Shown: positions 40,191 through 57,300 of the stretch, in pieces
How the letters are laid out: the number at the start of each line of letters is the position of its first letter
Numbering within the stretch: position 1 is the stretch's first letter
Notes under the pieces: model-generated
Told to the model about the DNA's origin: nothing
The model's database searches: none
What the model saw: only the letters and a program-made list of their open reading frames with translations
Program-made: the position numbers and the translations under genes
NCBI GenBank assembly: GCA_021613535.1
Contig: CP075496.1
Coordinates: 5,208,001 to 5,272,000, forward strand
Direction of reading: 5' to 3'
Source: Adineta vaga
Taxonomy: Eukaryota; Animalia; Rotifera
DNA: 64,000 nucleotides

Positions 40191-43100
40191 TGACACGAAC
40201 GGTGTTCACCATCGACTCTTTTGTCCGTTCATAAGTCTTTACCAGGTCGAGATTTATCTGCAATAGATCGAGAAATAATCGACTTCTCTTTTTTTTTCTT
40301 TCTCTTTGACTAGACTATTTTTCTGATAGTTCTTTTGACAATGGCGACGATAAACTTCTACATATCGATTGATCGGCTCGAATACATTGATGTCCTTGAC
40401 ACATTACCACACACATACACTGCAGGCAGAAGAAATGGAGAGAGAGAGAGAAACTAATTCGATCCCGTTCCCGATTTAAGAAGTCGTGTTCTCGTTGCCA
40501 CAAAGAATAAGAAAAGAAAACTGCTCTTAGTCTAGATTGTTTTGTTCTCGTAAGACTCGAGGCGCATCCAAAGAAATGAATCGGCATGTAATTATGTTCA
40601 TTTCTCTCTTCTCCTATCTATATATCTCTTTCTCTGTTTCTGAACATTCAAAAAGAAAGAAGAAACTGAAAGAGAAACTCTATTTCGATCATGAGCAGTC
40701 TAGTCAAACTATCTATTAGTCATTTCTTTTTAAACAAACCACTATATTAGTGATATTATGTAGGGAATTACTAATGCGTGTTTAACTAGTTGTGGAAGAT
40801 TGGTAATGAATAAAGACTACTACTATATAATTTTAGCTTGACAGATTTCTTTTCTTATAACATTACCGAGCGAATTAGAAATATAAAAAAAAACTAGCCT
40901 ACAACAGACAATTAGTTAGCGAGGGAAAAAAACGGCAAGCGTATGTTAACGACGGTAACAATTGAATTTTTTTTTAATAAAAGAAAAAGGCAAGACTAAA
41001 TCTAAGTACGAATAGAATTGTAGGAAAAGAGAAAAAGAAAAATAGTCGGAGGCGATGAAGAAAAAGATGATTTACGATATCGTGAATCGAACTAGAGAAG
41101 TGAGAAGAACTGGAAATAATAACCATGACGAGAAAGAAATAGGATTGAAGTGGCAAAACTAGAGAGATAGAGACAAAGACATAAAGAGGAGTTCAGTTGA
41201 TTATTCGATATGCTCGTGTAATAGAACAGGATGAGACAAATGAATTAGAAAGAGAGAAGACGACACTTTTTTATTGACTAGGGCACATTGAATCGATTGG
41301 GTGAGAACGATCGAAGCGAAATGTTGCGTGGTACTCATTTATTTCCGGTTATAGTTTTATTTCGGAGACTACTAACTAACGAACACTCTTTATGCTCGTA
41401 TTCACATGAATATAACCTCAAGGTTAATGTCACAACTCTCGACACGAATGAATATGACAGTATTAAATTCAAATAAAAGAAAGACATAGAGGGAACATTG
41501 TCTATCTCGTACACTCAAATTAGTCAAATAAGACACGAACAAGATAGAAATACTTCTATTCTAAAGATTTCTCTATTATTTCTATCAAACTCGCTTTGTT
41601 GCATCCGATGATAGACGAGTGACGAACAAACGATCAATGATCCTTCTTTGTCTCTGAACGACGTTGCATGACATGTTTGTCGTAGAGAATACTTGTTATT
41701 ATTGTCGTCATTTTCCTTTTTTTCTGTCTATTACTTCTTCTCCTTTCGGCTTCTTCTTCTTCTTATTATTATTCTTCTTTCTCTTCGATTCGCTTATTGC
41801 GAACAATCAACCAAAACTTATTTAAACGTTAGATCTATCTATTCTATAGAATTGTTGTTACAAGTGACAACATAACACATACTCATATTCTATTCAGTAA
41901 ATAAACGAACAAATAGAATATTTATCAACATCGTTTTGTCCGTAAAAAATATAAATAGAAGAAAAATAAATAACAATCTATAGAACTAGAAGGCATCAAT
42001 ATATGATTATCATCATTTCTCCTTGATCGATACGCAACACTTAGAACACCTGTTGATATCCAAGGCATTTCATCGTTTTTGATTTCTCTCCTTCACTATT
42101 TTCATATCAATATTTCTTCTCGATATCCAGCAGCTAGAAAAGGAAACACGTAAAACTATATTCTCAGTAGGAAATCAGTATGAATTGTTTACAAATGAAA
42201 TATAAGATAACTACAAACTGAAAATCGATCGAATGATAGAATAATTAATTCCAATTCTAACAGGAAACGAAAAAAATGTGTTCTTGCGAAAGATGAAAAA
42301 TTTTTGTCAGTTGTAATCGATCTTTGAATTGGATTAAATAATTAGTTCGTTTAGAAACTATAGATTAAATATATATATATATATATGTGTGTATATACAT
42401 ATCGACTAATCTAATTTGAATAATGAGAAGCTTTGTTTTAAAAGACGAATTCCCCGAAAGCAAATTGTTGCTCTAATCAAATTAATATACAACGAGAAAA
42501 GAATAGCAGAAAATGTCAAATATGCTCTTCTCTTTTGTCTTAAAGAAAAATGTTCTCTTAGAAATACAGAATGACAATTTCAAGAGTTTTGCATTGTTTC
42601 ATCTAATAAGTATTGAGAGACGAAGAGATTGTTAGTATTGTAACTTCCGACAATGCGTCTCGGTTAGTTCAGCTGTAAGATGAATTCATCAATCAACTAT
42701 TGATCATAATTCACATCAAAGAACATTAACAGTTCTCAAAAAACCATTGATTATAATTACAAAACTATAAGAGATGTATTTTTTTGTCTCATCATTGATT
42801 TTCTCAACCAAAATAGTCAACATTATGATATATATATCATAGAAGCAAATAAATTCATAGATTATCAATAAATCTTACCTTCAGATGTTTTGTTAATATG
42901 AATAATATATTGATTAATGATCAGAACGACAAATTCATATTTGTACAAAAGTCAAACTGAAATAATTGATACTATAAATACAACTGTTGTCATGATTATT
43001 TACACGCTCTCTTCTCTATATCTATCGATAGAATCATAATAACAACAGCCAAAAAGCATCAAAGAATGTTTCATACTCTGCAAAATAGTTTTGTTTGTCC

Positions 43101-43655
43101 TTGAGTTTTTCCTGTTATATACGTAGAAAGATTACTAGTTTAAAAAGATTGATATCTACTCTTGGAATAGATTTTAATTATGAATAAAAATATGAAATAG
43201 GGTAATCCCTCTTGGATCAAAAGATCTATATCAAGAGTAAAATCAATCAACATACTAACATCGACACATAACGGTTTATCTATTCTATTCTGTTCTGTTA
43301 CAGAATAAAAACTGTTGCCCAAGATGGTTTTATTGAACTTTTTTCGAGAAAAAAAATAGGAGCTCGTGTTACGTCGCAATATTATTTCTATTCATATAAG
43401 GAGGACGTTCTTTTCTTTTTTATTCAAATAAACAGCGCAGTATTCAATATAAAAAAAAGGAGTGTATATGTATGCACAAAATAAGAGAAAGAAAAAACAA
43501 GAAAGAAAACGGCAAATTGAAAAAAAAAAGAATTTCAAAACTGATTTGTTTTTTTTTCATGTATTTGTATATATTGTATGTAAATTCTCTCGTTTTTCAC
43601 AAAGAGAAAATCATCATCTAATGTTCATGTATTTGCATATGAATTAGGTGTCAAA

Positions 43656-46411
43656 TCAATCACTGTTAATCAATGATTCTAGAAGAAAAATCGATGAATA
43701 AGAGATCAAAAGAAAAGAAACATCAGATAGAATCAAATCATCCAACCTGTTTTTATTTGATGATCGGAAGTTGACCAGATTCGAACTGTAGTATCATCGG
43801 ATGCTGAAGCGAATAGTAGAGGTAGTATAGGATGCCAGGAAACACAATTAACAGTACGTGAATGACCAGAAAAGATCATTATTGGACGTTCCTGTCTTCG
43901 ATGCCATAAATAAACTTTTGAATCTATTCATTGAAGAAGAATCGAAGAAAATAAACATACTAATAAATGAGAAAACAAACCTTCACTACCACTTGCAATG
44001 AATTCTTCGTTAGGTCCACCAAAGGTTGCATGATTAACATAATGTCCTTGTGTTACACCTTGATATTTACGAACTAATTGTCGATCATGTAAATCCCAAA
44101 GATGAACACCCTTTGAAAATAAATAATACATAGAAAGACAAAGTCTTTTTTATTTTGTAATCAACAATACTTGTGTAGCAATATTGAGAAGTGCTAAACG
44201 ACCATCTTTACTAACAGTAAAGGACATTATTGGATGATCTTCATGAATACTAGATAATAATTAAATAGAAATTTCATTTCAAAGAATTCTATTTTTTTCT
44301 ATTCTTACATTTGTTGATCAGTTAAACTATCAAATTTATAAGAACTTATACGTTTTTGTGCATCAGCTGCTAGTATTATTCCATCAGTGGTTACATTTAA
44401 ACATTGTAAACGAACACCTTCCCAACTATCAATAACATTACCATCAATATCCTACAAAAGATAGACATCAATCTCTAAATGACAACTCTTGTTCATTTCT
44501 AATATTCATACACAGTAATAGAATTGTCCACGTGATCCTCCACAAACGAATCTTGTTCCACATGGTAACCAAGCAGCACATGTCAAACTATCATCTGTTG
44601 TATGATTTATGCGTGATCGTTGTTCTTCTCTCTACAATATGAAAGATTCATTTTGTGTTTTTTATCTCTTTCAAAATCAGAACGAATCATTTCTTACATG
44701 AATATCCCATATCCATATTTCGTTACATTCATCTGTACCACATGCGATTATATATCGACTAAATGGACACCAAGCTATACAACCAATTCCAAATGAATGG
44801 CCATCAAATTGCTTTCGTAGTTTTACTTCATATGTTTCCTTTAAGAAGAAGAAGAGGTATAAAAGAATATTTGACACTTTTTCTTTCTTTTACCATATCA
44901 ACATCATATATGAGCAGATTACCATCTTTTGAGCCAGTAGCTAGTTTAGTACCATCGGGAGAAAATTTACAAAACCATACTTCATCCGAATGATCAGTTA
45001 ATGTTCGAATAGTAACACAGGGTAATGTTTGCCTAGAAAAGAATTAAAAATAAAACTCTGATGTATGTTCTTTCATAATAGATCAACTGAAGTTTTTATC
45101 TAATAATCGATTTGAATTATTCTATAATTAATTAGCACGTACTTAGTACAAGCATGATCTTGAAGTAACGATACATCTTCAATCGATAATTTGCCAGGTT
45201 TAATATGATATGTACAACGGTCTTGTTGAAATTCGATCGCTTGTGATAATAATGTTTCCAACCGTTTTGGTGGTAACATTATATTTGGTGGGAAATATTC
45301 TAATAAATAATAAAAATAGGATTTTATAAGACCATTTTGAATAGATTTTCTTCTCATAATAAAACTGTTCTACTTCATTATTCAATAATCAATTTTCGTG
45401 CGAAAAAAACTATTCGATTGTAGAAAATTACTTTGTAGTTTTTCCATTAAGTTTTCTCTTGATGCAAAACCTTTGCCACTCCAATTTGCTGCTTTACACA
45501 TATCTTTCATAGAATTAAACATCAGAAATCTAAAGAGAAGAAAACCTAGTTAAAATCAATCTATTTTTGTTGATCATTTCAATACGCTGTTAATTGATGA
45601 GTTCGTTCGATACGAATATTTAATGTTCGAATTTCATTTCGTAAACAGAAAAGTGCCTCCATAGCTTGATTATCTTCAATTAATTCAAAATATTTCTGTT
45701 CAAGAATTAAATATTTCATTTGCTAAAAGAAAATCAAATATTTATCGTTTTACTTAATTGATCAATTTATTTACCAATATGCCATCGTTTTCTTCAATAT
45801 ACTGTTTCAATTGATCAAGTGCAACAAGTGCCTAAAAATCAACATATCACTAATAAGCAAAAGAAATTTCAAATAGAATGCTTTTACTTCTGTCCATTTG
45901 CCTGACATAATAAGTTCACGAAAATTGGATGCCTGTTCATTTTCAAGTATGCAACCACTTTCTGTTATAAGACTTTCAACTGTATTACTGAAATGAATAA
46001 ATATTTTATTGTAAAATGAATATGAAGACGTTGCTTTTTTTCTCTGTCATACCCTAATCCAATACTTTGTAAATGTTGTCCAATGAGTCTTAGAATTTCT
46101 TTTTGACTGTCGGTAAATACTTGTGAATTTAATTGATTCGAATTAGTTTGGGTTGATGTTGAGGTGGAATGATTTGTATGAGTGTTTCCATTGCAATGTT
46201 GTGATTGTTGTTTAAGTCGTTCAAGATGATTAGTTGTATCAGTTGAATTGTTATCAAGGGAAGGATTTGAAGTTGTGGGATTTGTAGAATGCATCGTTTG
46301 AGTAGAAGGAGAATTGAAGTCTTTGGTTAATGATGTAGTAGAAGGATTTAGACGCGCTCGTTTGGGTGGTGGACACCCTGCAACGTCTTCGTCTGAACTT
46401 GATGAGGCCAG
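43656..46411 (-). CDS. WDR26: WD repeat protein 26 (CTLH/GID E3 ligase subunit), multi-exon; start proposed at CTG 46411 (first in-frame ATG 46294)
   Basis: LisH-like [115 protein letters not shown] and [12 protein letters not shown]. The stop is at 43656 if the terminal intron 43746-43679 is spliced, otherwise at 43733. Confidence 0.93.
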
Positions 46412-46470
46412 TATTGTTTGAAGATTAACAATGAATGACTCATAGGGAAAATGTTGGAATACGAAAGCAT
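46348..46470 (-). promoter_or_regulatory. Out-of-frame upstream ORF (ATG 46470, second ATG 46443, TAA 46350-46348) overlapping the proposed WDR26 CUG extension
   Basis: Frame MLSYSNIFPMSHSLLIF...NERV*. It covers CTG 46411 and ends 53 nt before ATG 46294. It is a uORF only if the transcript starts upstream of it. Confidence 0.45.
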
Positions 46471-47925
46471 ACGGCCAGCGTGAGAGAAAAGAGAGAGAGA
46501 GAAAGAAAAATATAGAGAGAGGAGAGAAAACAATTGCACGTTGTAATCGATATATATATATGTGTGTGTGTATATTCGTATGTAGAAAAGCAGATCAATG
46601 AGAATCTTTGAAATGGTAGAGGATTCAAATATCTAAATAGAGAAAAGCAAACGCTTATTGTGTTTGTCCTTCAAACGAACGAACGAAACGATTTCAAACG
46701 ACAGCAAGCAATCACATGGTTCAGAACGGACGAATAGGTAATCAGTGATAATGAAAAGAAAAAATAGGGTGACTTTAAAAAATTATTGTCGAGAATAGTT
46801 CAGGAGAAAGTAAATAATCAAAAAAAGTTAACGGCGGTCAAGGAAACATTTTCTCAATGGTGGAAAATTTTCTCCAATCATATGGAAGCTCCAACACGAG
46901 ATATGTTTGAAGATTATACTTAAACTATTGGATAAATCATCATGTTGATTTATTATCTGTGATCAATAAATTCGACTGTTTATTTTCTTGAAATTTATTT
47001 TAAAAAAGTCGATGTCTTTTATGTCATTTTTTTCAGTTTATTGCAAGGTTTTCAACAATATACAGTTGTCTCAAGTTACCACTTTTAACAAAAAAATCTT
47101 TCCTTGAATATTTAGTGTAATCACAAGACATTCAATCATAGCTCTTGACAATTTTCAATTACATAGACTACTGCGAGAATTGAATATAGCACTTCAAACG
47201 ATTCCCTTTAGGTTCAGTTGATTGTTTTCTTTAGATTATAGGTCTACTGAAAAGATAATAGTAACAACGACGGATATAATGCATAAACGTAAAGAATGTT
47301 AGTTTTATTTAACTTATGTTTACATCGTACTCTTTTCAATAGATTACAATGTTAAATCTATTAGATTTTCTCTCTCTTCATGATTTAACTGTTTTCTCAT
47401 TATAATTTCAAAGAATGCTATTGAATTCTAACAATATATTGTCATCTTTAGTACAAACTAAATTGCTAAACAAACAGAATAGAATCGATAAGTATATGGA
47501 TTCATGTTAATATGTATTTCAAATAAGAACAACGATCGATTCTTTAGATAAAATATATTATTGATTTTAACGCATGAACTTTTATAGTATTTATTAGTAG
47601 TGCTTCTGCAAATTGAACTAATAAAACAAACAAATATCTCTTTTTTTTGTCTTGTCTGTTCTACGACAATCGTCAGATGTCACTATGTTGAAAAGAAAAT
47701 CTTTTCTTTTTTTTCTACGTAGGGTTTACATGAATCTTATAATGATGGAAAGTCATTAGAGTACATTGTTTTCACAGAACATAGGATTTTTTTTGTACTA
47801 TTTGAACTTTGTTTGGTACCATTATTCTTCATTCGTAGAACGAAATCTGAAATTAAACTTTCTTCTAATTTCTAGAACAGTTAAATGAAAATTAATTAAG
47901 AAGATTCGACGAATTTGTTGTGTAA

Positions 47926-51027
<3,102 letters not shown>

Positions 51028-51630
51028 CTCTCCTTTTAACTATGAATTTCTTCCCCAAACTATCTCTTCCCTTCTTTATCCAAGATCTTCAACTACATAG
51101 AAAATATTATTCATAAAGAGGATTAACATCAATCGATATGATAAGTTCTATAGAGTTACGGTGATTTACACAGTACACTTTGTTCTAGGCCAATGTCTTT
51201 CTTTCTTTATTTTTGTTTCTGTCATTGATGTAATAGAAAAACGAACAGTTTTATATAAAGATCTCCATTTTCTTTCTTTTATATATATATATGTCATTAT
51301 GTTTTATGTATTTCATTATTTTGTCTATTTAGTTCTGTTTTTTTTCCGTAGCATCTAGCTCTATTAATAATCATAAACTAGCATTGATTCGATTTCGTTT
51401 GTTTTTCTTTAAAAAAAAATTTTTAAACAGGCAAAATAAAGCTTATTCTAACAAATAGAAAATCTCTGTATTCGAAACTAAACGTATCGATTGTAATCAA
51501 TTGCAAGCGACATCTGATCAAAAGTAGAAGAAACATTTCTTTTTCCTTTGTTTTCAAAGATAGTACTTTACTTGTATGAGAGAACTATTAGTTACATTAT
51601 TTCAAGTTAAGTTAGATTAATTGATTATCC

Positions 51631-54020
51631 ATGACTGTCGAAAAGAATAAATTACAGGTAAGAAGACGTCATATTCATTGAATTATTAAACAAGATCTTT
51701 CTATTAGTTAGCAAATATCAAAGATTTTCATTTTCTCAAAACGATCAGTCGTGGTGGTTATGGGTATGAATAAAATTGATAAAGAAAAGATCTTGTATTC
51801 GTTTCTGTTCGTTTCATTAGTCGAGTTTATTTAGCTACAAAAAAAAGTGATGAAAATCAAATAAAATATGCCATTAAAGTAATTAATAAACAAGATATAC
51901 GTAAAAAGAATTTGATTGATCAAAGTATTTCTGAAGAATCAATATGAATAATATACATTTCATTGAATTTTTGTTTTATTATTAGTTCTGAATGAACGTG
52001 ATGCATTAGCAACAATGCATAGTCAGTTTGTTGTTCGTCTTTTTTATTCTTTACAAAGTAAAGAACATATTTATCTGGTTATGGAATATATGATCGGAGG
52101 AGATTTAATGTCATTTTTATGCATTAAACATATTTTGGAAAAACATGAAGCACAATTTTATGTTGCAGAAATAGCTCTTGCACTTGATTATTTACATCGG
52201 AAAGGTGTCATACATCGGTGAGGTTAAAAAACGAATATAAATTCAATTGAAGAATCCTTGCATTTTCTTTAGAGATTTAAAACCAGATAATGTTTTGATA
52301 TCAACAAGTGGACATATTAAATTAACTGACTTTGGTTTATCAGAAACACGAAATAGACGAAGTAAATTTGAAATTGCAACGTTCAAGTATTGACAGATTT
52401 ATTGTTGCTTCTTTTTAAATAGAATTATCAGTAGCTGATGTTATTGGTACACCATCAGTATGTAAACTACGAGCTTTTCGGACACCTGGTCAAATTATAT
52501 CTTTAACATCTGATTTTAGCTTTGTAAGATATTTCAGTTATTTTTTGAACGAAATCTTTATTTTTCATCATTTGAATTTAGTCATCGAGTGAATCAGATT
52601 CTGATCCATTTTATTCATCAGCATCCATGGAAAATATTTATTCAAACAATAGTTCTTATCGTTCATATTCCTCATCACGTCCAATTGATTGTAGTTTACG
52701 TGTTTATCGTCCAGCATTACCTGCATGTATTCCTGAAAACGAACCATTATCATTAGGAACTGATGAATTCGATGAGCACAATGATACAAATCCAAGCAAT
52801 TCATCCGATTTTCTTTTTTCTAGTCCAAATAAACGTTCATCAAATATATCTCAAACAATCAAACAACAACCACGAATTTATCCGAAAACAATCTCACGAT
52901 TACTTGCTTCATCACCAGCTCATCACAATCAACATCGATTATTTCGTGGAATTGGTCGAACAGTAACTGCAACAACGACGGTAGCAAGTATTTCTTCATC
53001 GAGTTCACCATGTTTATCACCCATTCGATATTTACTCGATATATCACAAAATAATGAAAGTCAATCGAATGAAAAATTAATTAATAATGATGAAAATATC
53101 AATTCAATACCAACAGAAGATTTACAAATGAATCAATTGCCATTTCCAATGGATGATAGTTCATTAAAAGTATAGAAATCATTTTCTTTTTTTTGAGAAA
53201 ATCTCTATGATATTTTTCTATTAAAGTCTGTTTGTCTTGCCCAAAATTATTCAAGTGGTCGAATTTCAACTGATATAACAACAAATACATCAACTCGAAG
53301 TAGTTTTTTCAAATCACCGATACTTTCAAATGTATCAGGACCTGTTTTGGGTACACCAGATTATCTTAGTAAATTCTTAGTGATTCATTTACTTCATCTG
53401 ATTAATAACTATTCTAGGTCCAGAAATTTTATTACAAGATGAAAATCATAGTATATTAATTTATTACTCTTTTAAATTGATATGATAAGAATCTTTGTTT
53501 TTCTTTTAGCTGCAGCAGTTGATTTTTGGGCACTTGGTGTATGTTTATATCAATTTCTTGTTGGCATAACACCATTTTCAGATGATTCTCCACATGCAAT
53601 TATATCGAATATATTAAATTATCGACTTGTATGGCCTGAAGATAATGATGAAGAGGATACTCAATTATCTGAAGATGCAATAAGTGCTATCAAAGGTTTA
53701 CTTCATTATGATGCAACGTCACGATTTCAATTGAATGGTGATTCATTTCTTTATAAATTCAATGATCATCTTGAACAACTTTCTCTATTCGTATTTAGAT
53801 TTGAAAAAAGAACCTTTTTTTAATACAATTGATTGGGATAATCTTTCGAATATGCCAGCGCCTTTTATTCCAGTACCTGATGATGATTCTGATACATTCT
53901 ATTTTGAAGGTATGAATTGATTTTTATCAAAATACATTTCTTTCTAATTATCACATTTATTTAGCTCGAAATAAAGCGATAGGTTTCGATGAAGAATCTA
54001 TCGATTACATCGTAACATAA
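51631..54020 (+). CDS. MASTL: Greatwall/MASTL serine/threonine kinase (split kinase domain), multi-exon
   Basis: [48 protein letters not shown] and IKLTDFGLS. The Greatwall-type [15 protein letters not shown] is followed by a long insertion, then [29 protein letters not shown] and the tail [19 protein letters not shown]. Confidence 0.93.
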
Positions 54021-54336
54021 TAAAATTTTGATTCTACAATGATTTCTATTACAGTGGACTATCGTCTAGTTATTTTTCTTGTATTTAACGCTCTATCTTT
54101 CGTACATAAATTTCGATAAAGAACTGTCGTTTCCTATCAATTTTCCTTCTTTTTCTTCTTCCTCTCTTTCTTTTGTCTTATATGTACGTTCTACTGTTCT
54201 TATTTGTTCAATTCTATGCTTATTACGCGCATGTGTGTTAGATTAAATAATAAAAACAGAAACAATTGATTGACACATTTCTTTCTTCTTTTGATCGAAG
54301 AGGCTGGTAGTCATAGTTTATTTTAACATAAATGGC

Positions 54337-57300
54337 ATGTCACGTAAAGAAAGAAAGAAGGAACAAGAATAAAAAGTTCACATTATAATTTTTAAATACT
54401 TGCATTTAAATACATGAATACATTTGAAAGTAAAAAAAATTGATTTAGTTAATTGAACTACAATGTATTGATTTAGATCGTCGAGATTTATCACGTTTGG
54501 GTGAAGATGACGAACAATTGACATTTGATGAACATACTGACATAGCTTATTATGATGATGATGAACAACAAGAAGAACCAGATCCATTTGAAGGACTTCA
54601 AGAATTTGCACCAAATGTCAAAATGGATGCAAATGAATTTCGTATGTTATGTGATCATGTAGAAAATAGTTTATCTGAAATAGATAATTCAATGTTTGAA
54701 TTGATTGACTTAAAAGATAATTTACTTTTACAATTCTTACCAGCAAATGTATCCACACGAATAACATTAGTTATTTCACGTTTATATCGTGCCTATTCAT
54801 TATCTCAAATACCTTTGCATGAACTCGTTCGTATTGTTCAATTGTACAGTCAACCATTTGATATGAAAAGTACAGTAATCAAGAGATTCTATGAAAGTAA
54901 TGAAATCAAAAAACGAATGCTCAATGCTGCATTACAACGATTAACATTGATGGAAGGAAACAATAAACGATATCAACAAACGAGATGTGTTAATAATTGG
55001 GAGAAAATGTTAGTGAAATGTTAAAATTTACATGTGAATGAAAGTATTCTTTCTTTTTCAGGTATATTCGATTAGCATTACCTAGATCAAATGTTCGTAA
55101 ATGGAAATTTCGTTTGAAAACTTTTCGAGAAGTACGAACAAAAAGATTTCAACGATTTTTTTATTGAACTATTCGTCAATTTTCGTTGTAGACATCTCAA
55201 CTTGGCTATGAACATGTAATTGAATGGTTGAATTCTAGTGTACCACGTCCAGCATCTGAAAATGAAATTTTATCTCGAGGAGAACCAATGGATGAGGAAG
55301 ATGAATTTGGTGATCTTGATCAAGTTGAATCATCAGCTGATCAAGGTAGTATACGAGAAATTGATGATCAACAACAAGTTTGTGTTGAAATTTCTTGGAT
55401 ATATCATGAAAAAATATGAAGTATCTTATTGTCGTAGGGTTCCGATTTAGATGATGAAATTGGAAGTGATAATGAAGGCAGTTTTCTAAGTAGTGCAGGA
55501 AAACAACGAACAAAGAAAGCAAATGGATCAGGAAAAAGTGAACAAAAAGAACCTGAAATGAAACAAATTGATGTGGAAATTCAAGCAACAGTTGATTTTG
55601 ATAATCAAGAAACGTCCACTGGCGATGTTCTTTCAACAAAGTAATGAAAGAAAAGATCCGTTCACTAATTAATTCTTTTTTTCTAGGGCACTAATTATAC
55701 GTGTTTATCGACCTGTTGGACTTGAAAAGAAAACATTTCAATGTATTATTCATACTCAAGAACAGAATTATAAAACAACCGTCTTCACGTTTGATGTATG
55801 CATTCTCTAATCAATATATATATATATATGTCTATATAGTTATGTCAATCTTTTAATGATCAATTTTAGAAATCAAATACGTTGAAAACTGACGATGTCA
55901 AAACGCCGGAACGAGGAAGTAGTCGACGAAAAACACGAAAAACGATCGATACAAGTGAATTTTCAACTTTTTCCAACAAAAATGAATGATATTGTTTGGA
56001 ATTTTTAGGAACAAAAAGTCGAAATGAGAATACTCCAACTCAAAGTGAAAATGATATCAATACTATTGATAGACAACAATCTGATGAATTAGTTATTCCA
56101 ATGCCAGCTGTTCTGAAACGACGATCGTTACTGGATACTGGTACTGATCCTGAAGCGATCAATGTTGAAGTTTTGGGTGATGGAAAACTCTGTGGATCTG
56201 TCGTTCTTTCACCTGAAGATTTACGAATGCTGGTAATATGATTGTTTACCTTTGATTTTCATGAATGAATAAAAAATAAACTGATTGTTTAGGATCTTCC
56301 AAATTTACATAGTCCATCATCGGCACCTTTAGTAGTTATTGATGATAGTACAACGAATGAACCTGAATCCACACCTAGAACTACTCAACTTGAATTCGAA
56401 GAATTGTCGTACGATCTTTATAAATCCTGGATCTCACGTACACCACAAACGTTTACGATTTACAATGAAAAACGTGAATCTATTGCCAAATTACCTTTAC
56501 ATATGTTTTGGTATAATCGAGTAGAAATAACTCATGCAACAAAGTGTACAAGTATGTAATGGAAATATTCTTGTCTCGCTCGATCATATCTCTTTGTAAT
56601 CGGTTAATTTAGTGACTGCTCCATTGAAAGTTCGTGCACCAACAGCAAAGACAATTCCATATACTCCAACATCACCTCCAATGGAAATATCTGACAATAC
56701 AATTTCCTTAGTAGTTGTTCCTCCAACAGAAGATATGGAAGTCGAAGATACCATGCCAACATTTGATACGACAGAAGATTCGGATGAACAAGTTGAAATG
56801 GTAAAAGCATCGTACGAAGATAAAATTGCTCGACTTCATGAAAGTTATCTGTATGTTGTAAAGAAGTTATTTTTCCCTTTTAAAGGAATAGATAATACTC
56901 ATCTATTTAGAGCGGAAATTTATCGCTTACGAAAACTTCTCAGTGAATCACCGTCTCGACGATCAGACCAGATGAACGAAGTATCAGAATTTGAAGAAAA
57001 TATTCAAGATATTATTGGAGATGAATCATCAGGTGTTATGATACAGTACATAAAATTATAAAAAATCACTTCAAAAAAGATCTAATATTCTCTATTTTAG
57101 ACCACCAACACGATCACAATCGAAACGTGAGATTAATATCGAACATCATCAAACACCCAATTATGGTAAAAATCTTTCAAATAGTGTAAGTTCTTCCTAA
57201 GAAAACATTATGGTATTTGTTTCTTGAGATTGAAAATGAAAAAGGATTTTGTTATTCTAGTTTCTCGATCGGTATCAAATGTTTTTGGAACGAAGTGCTG

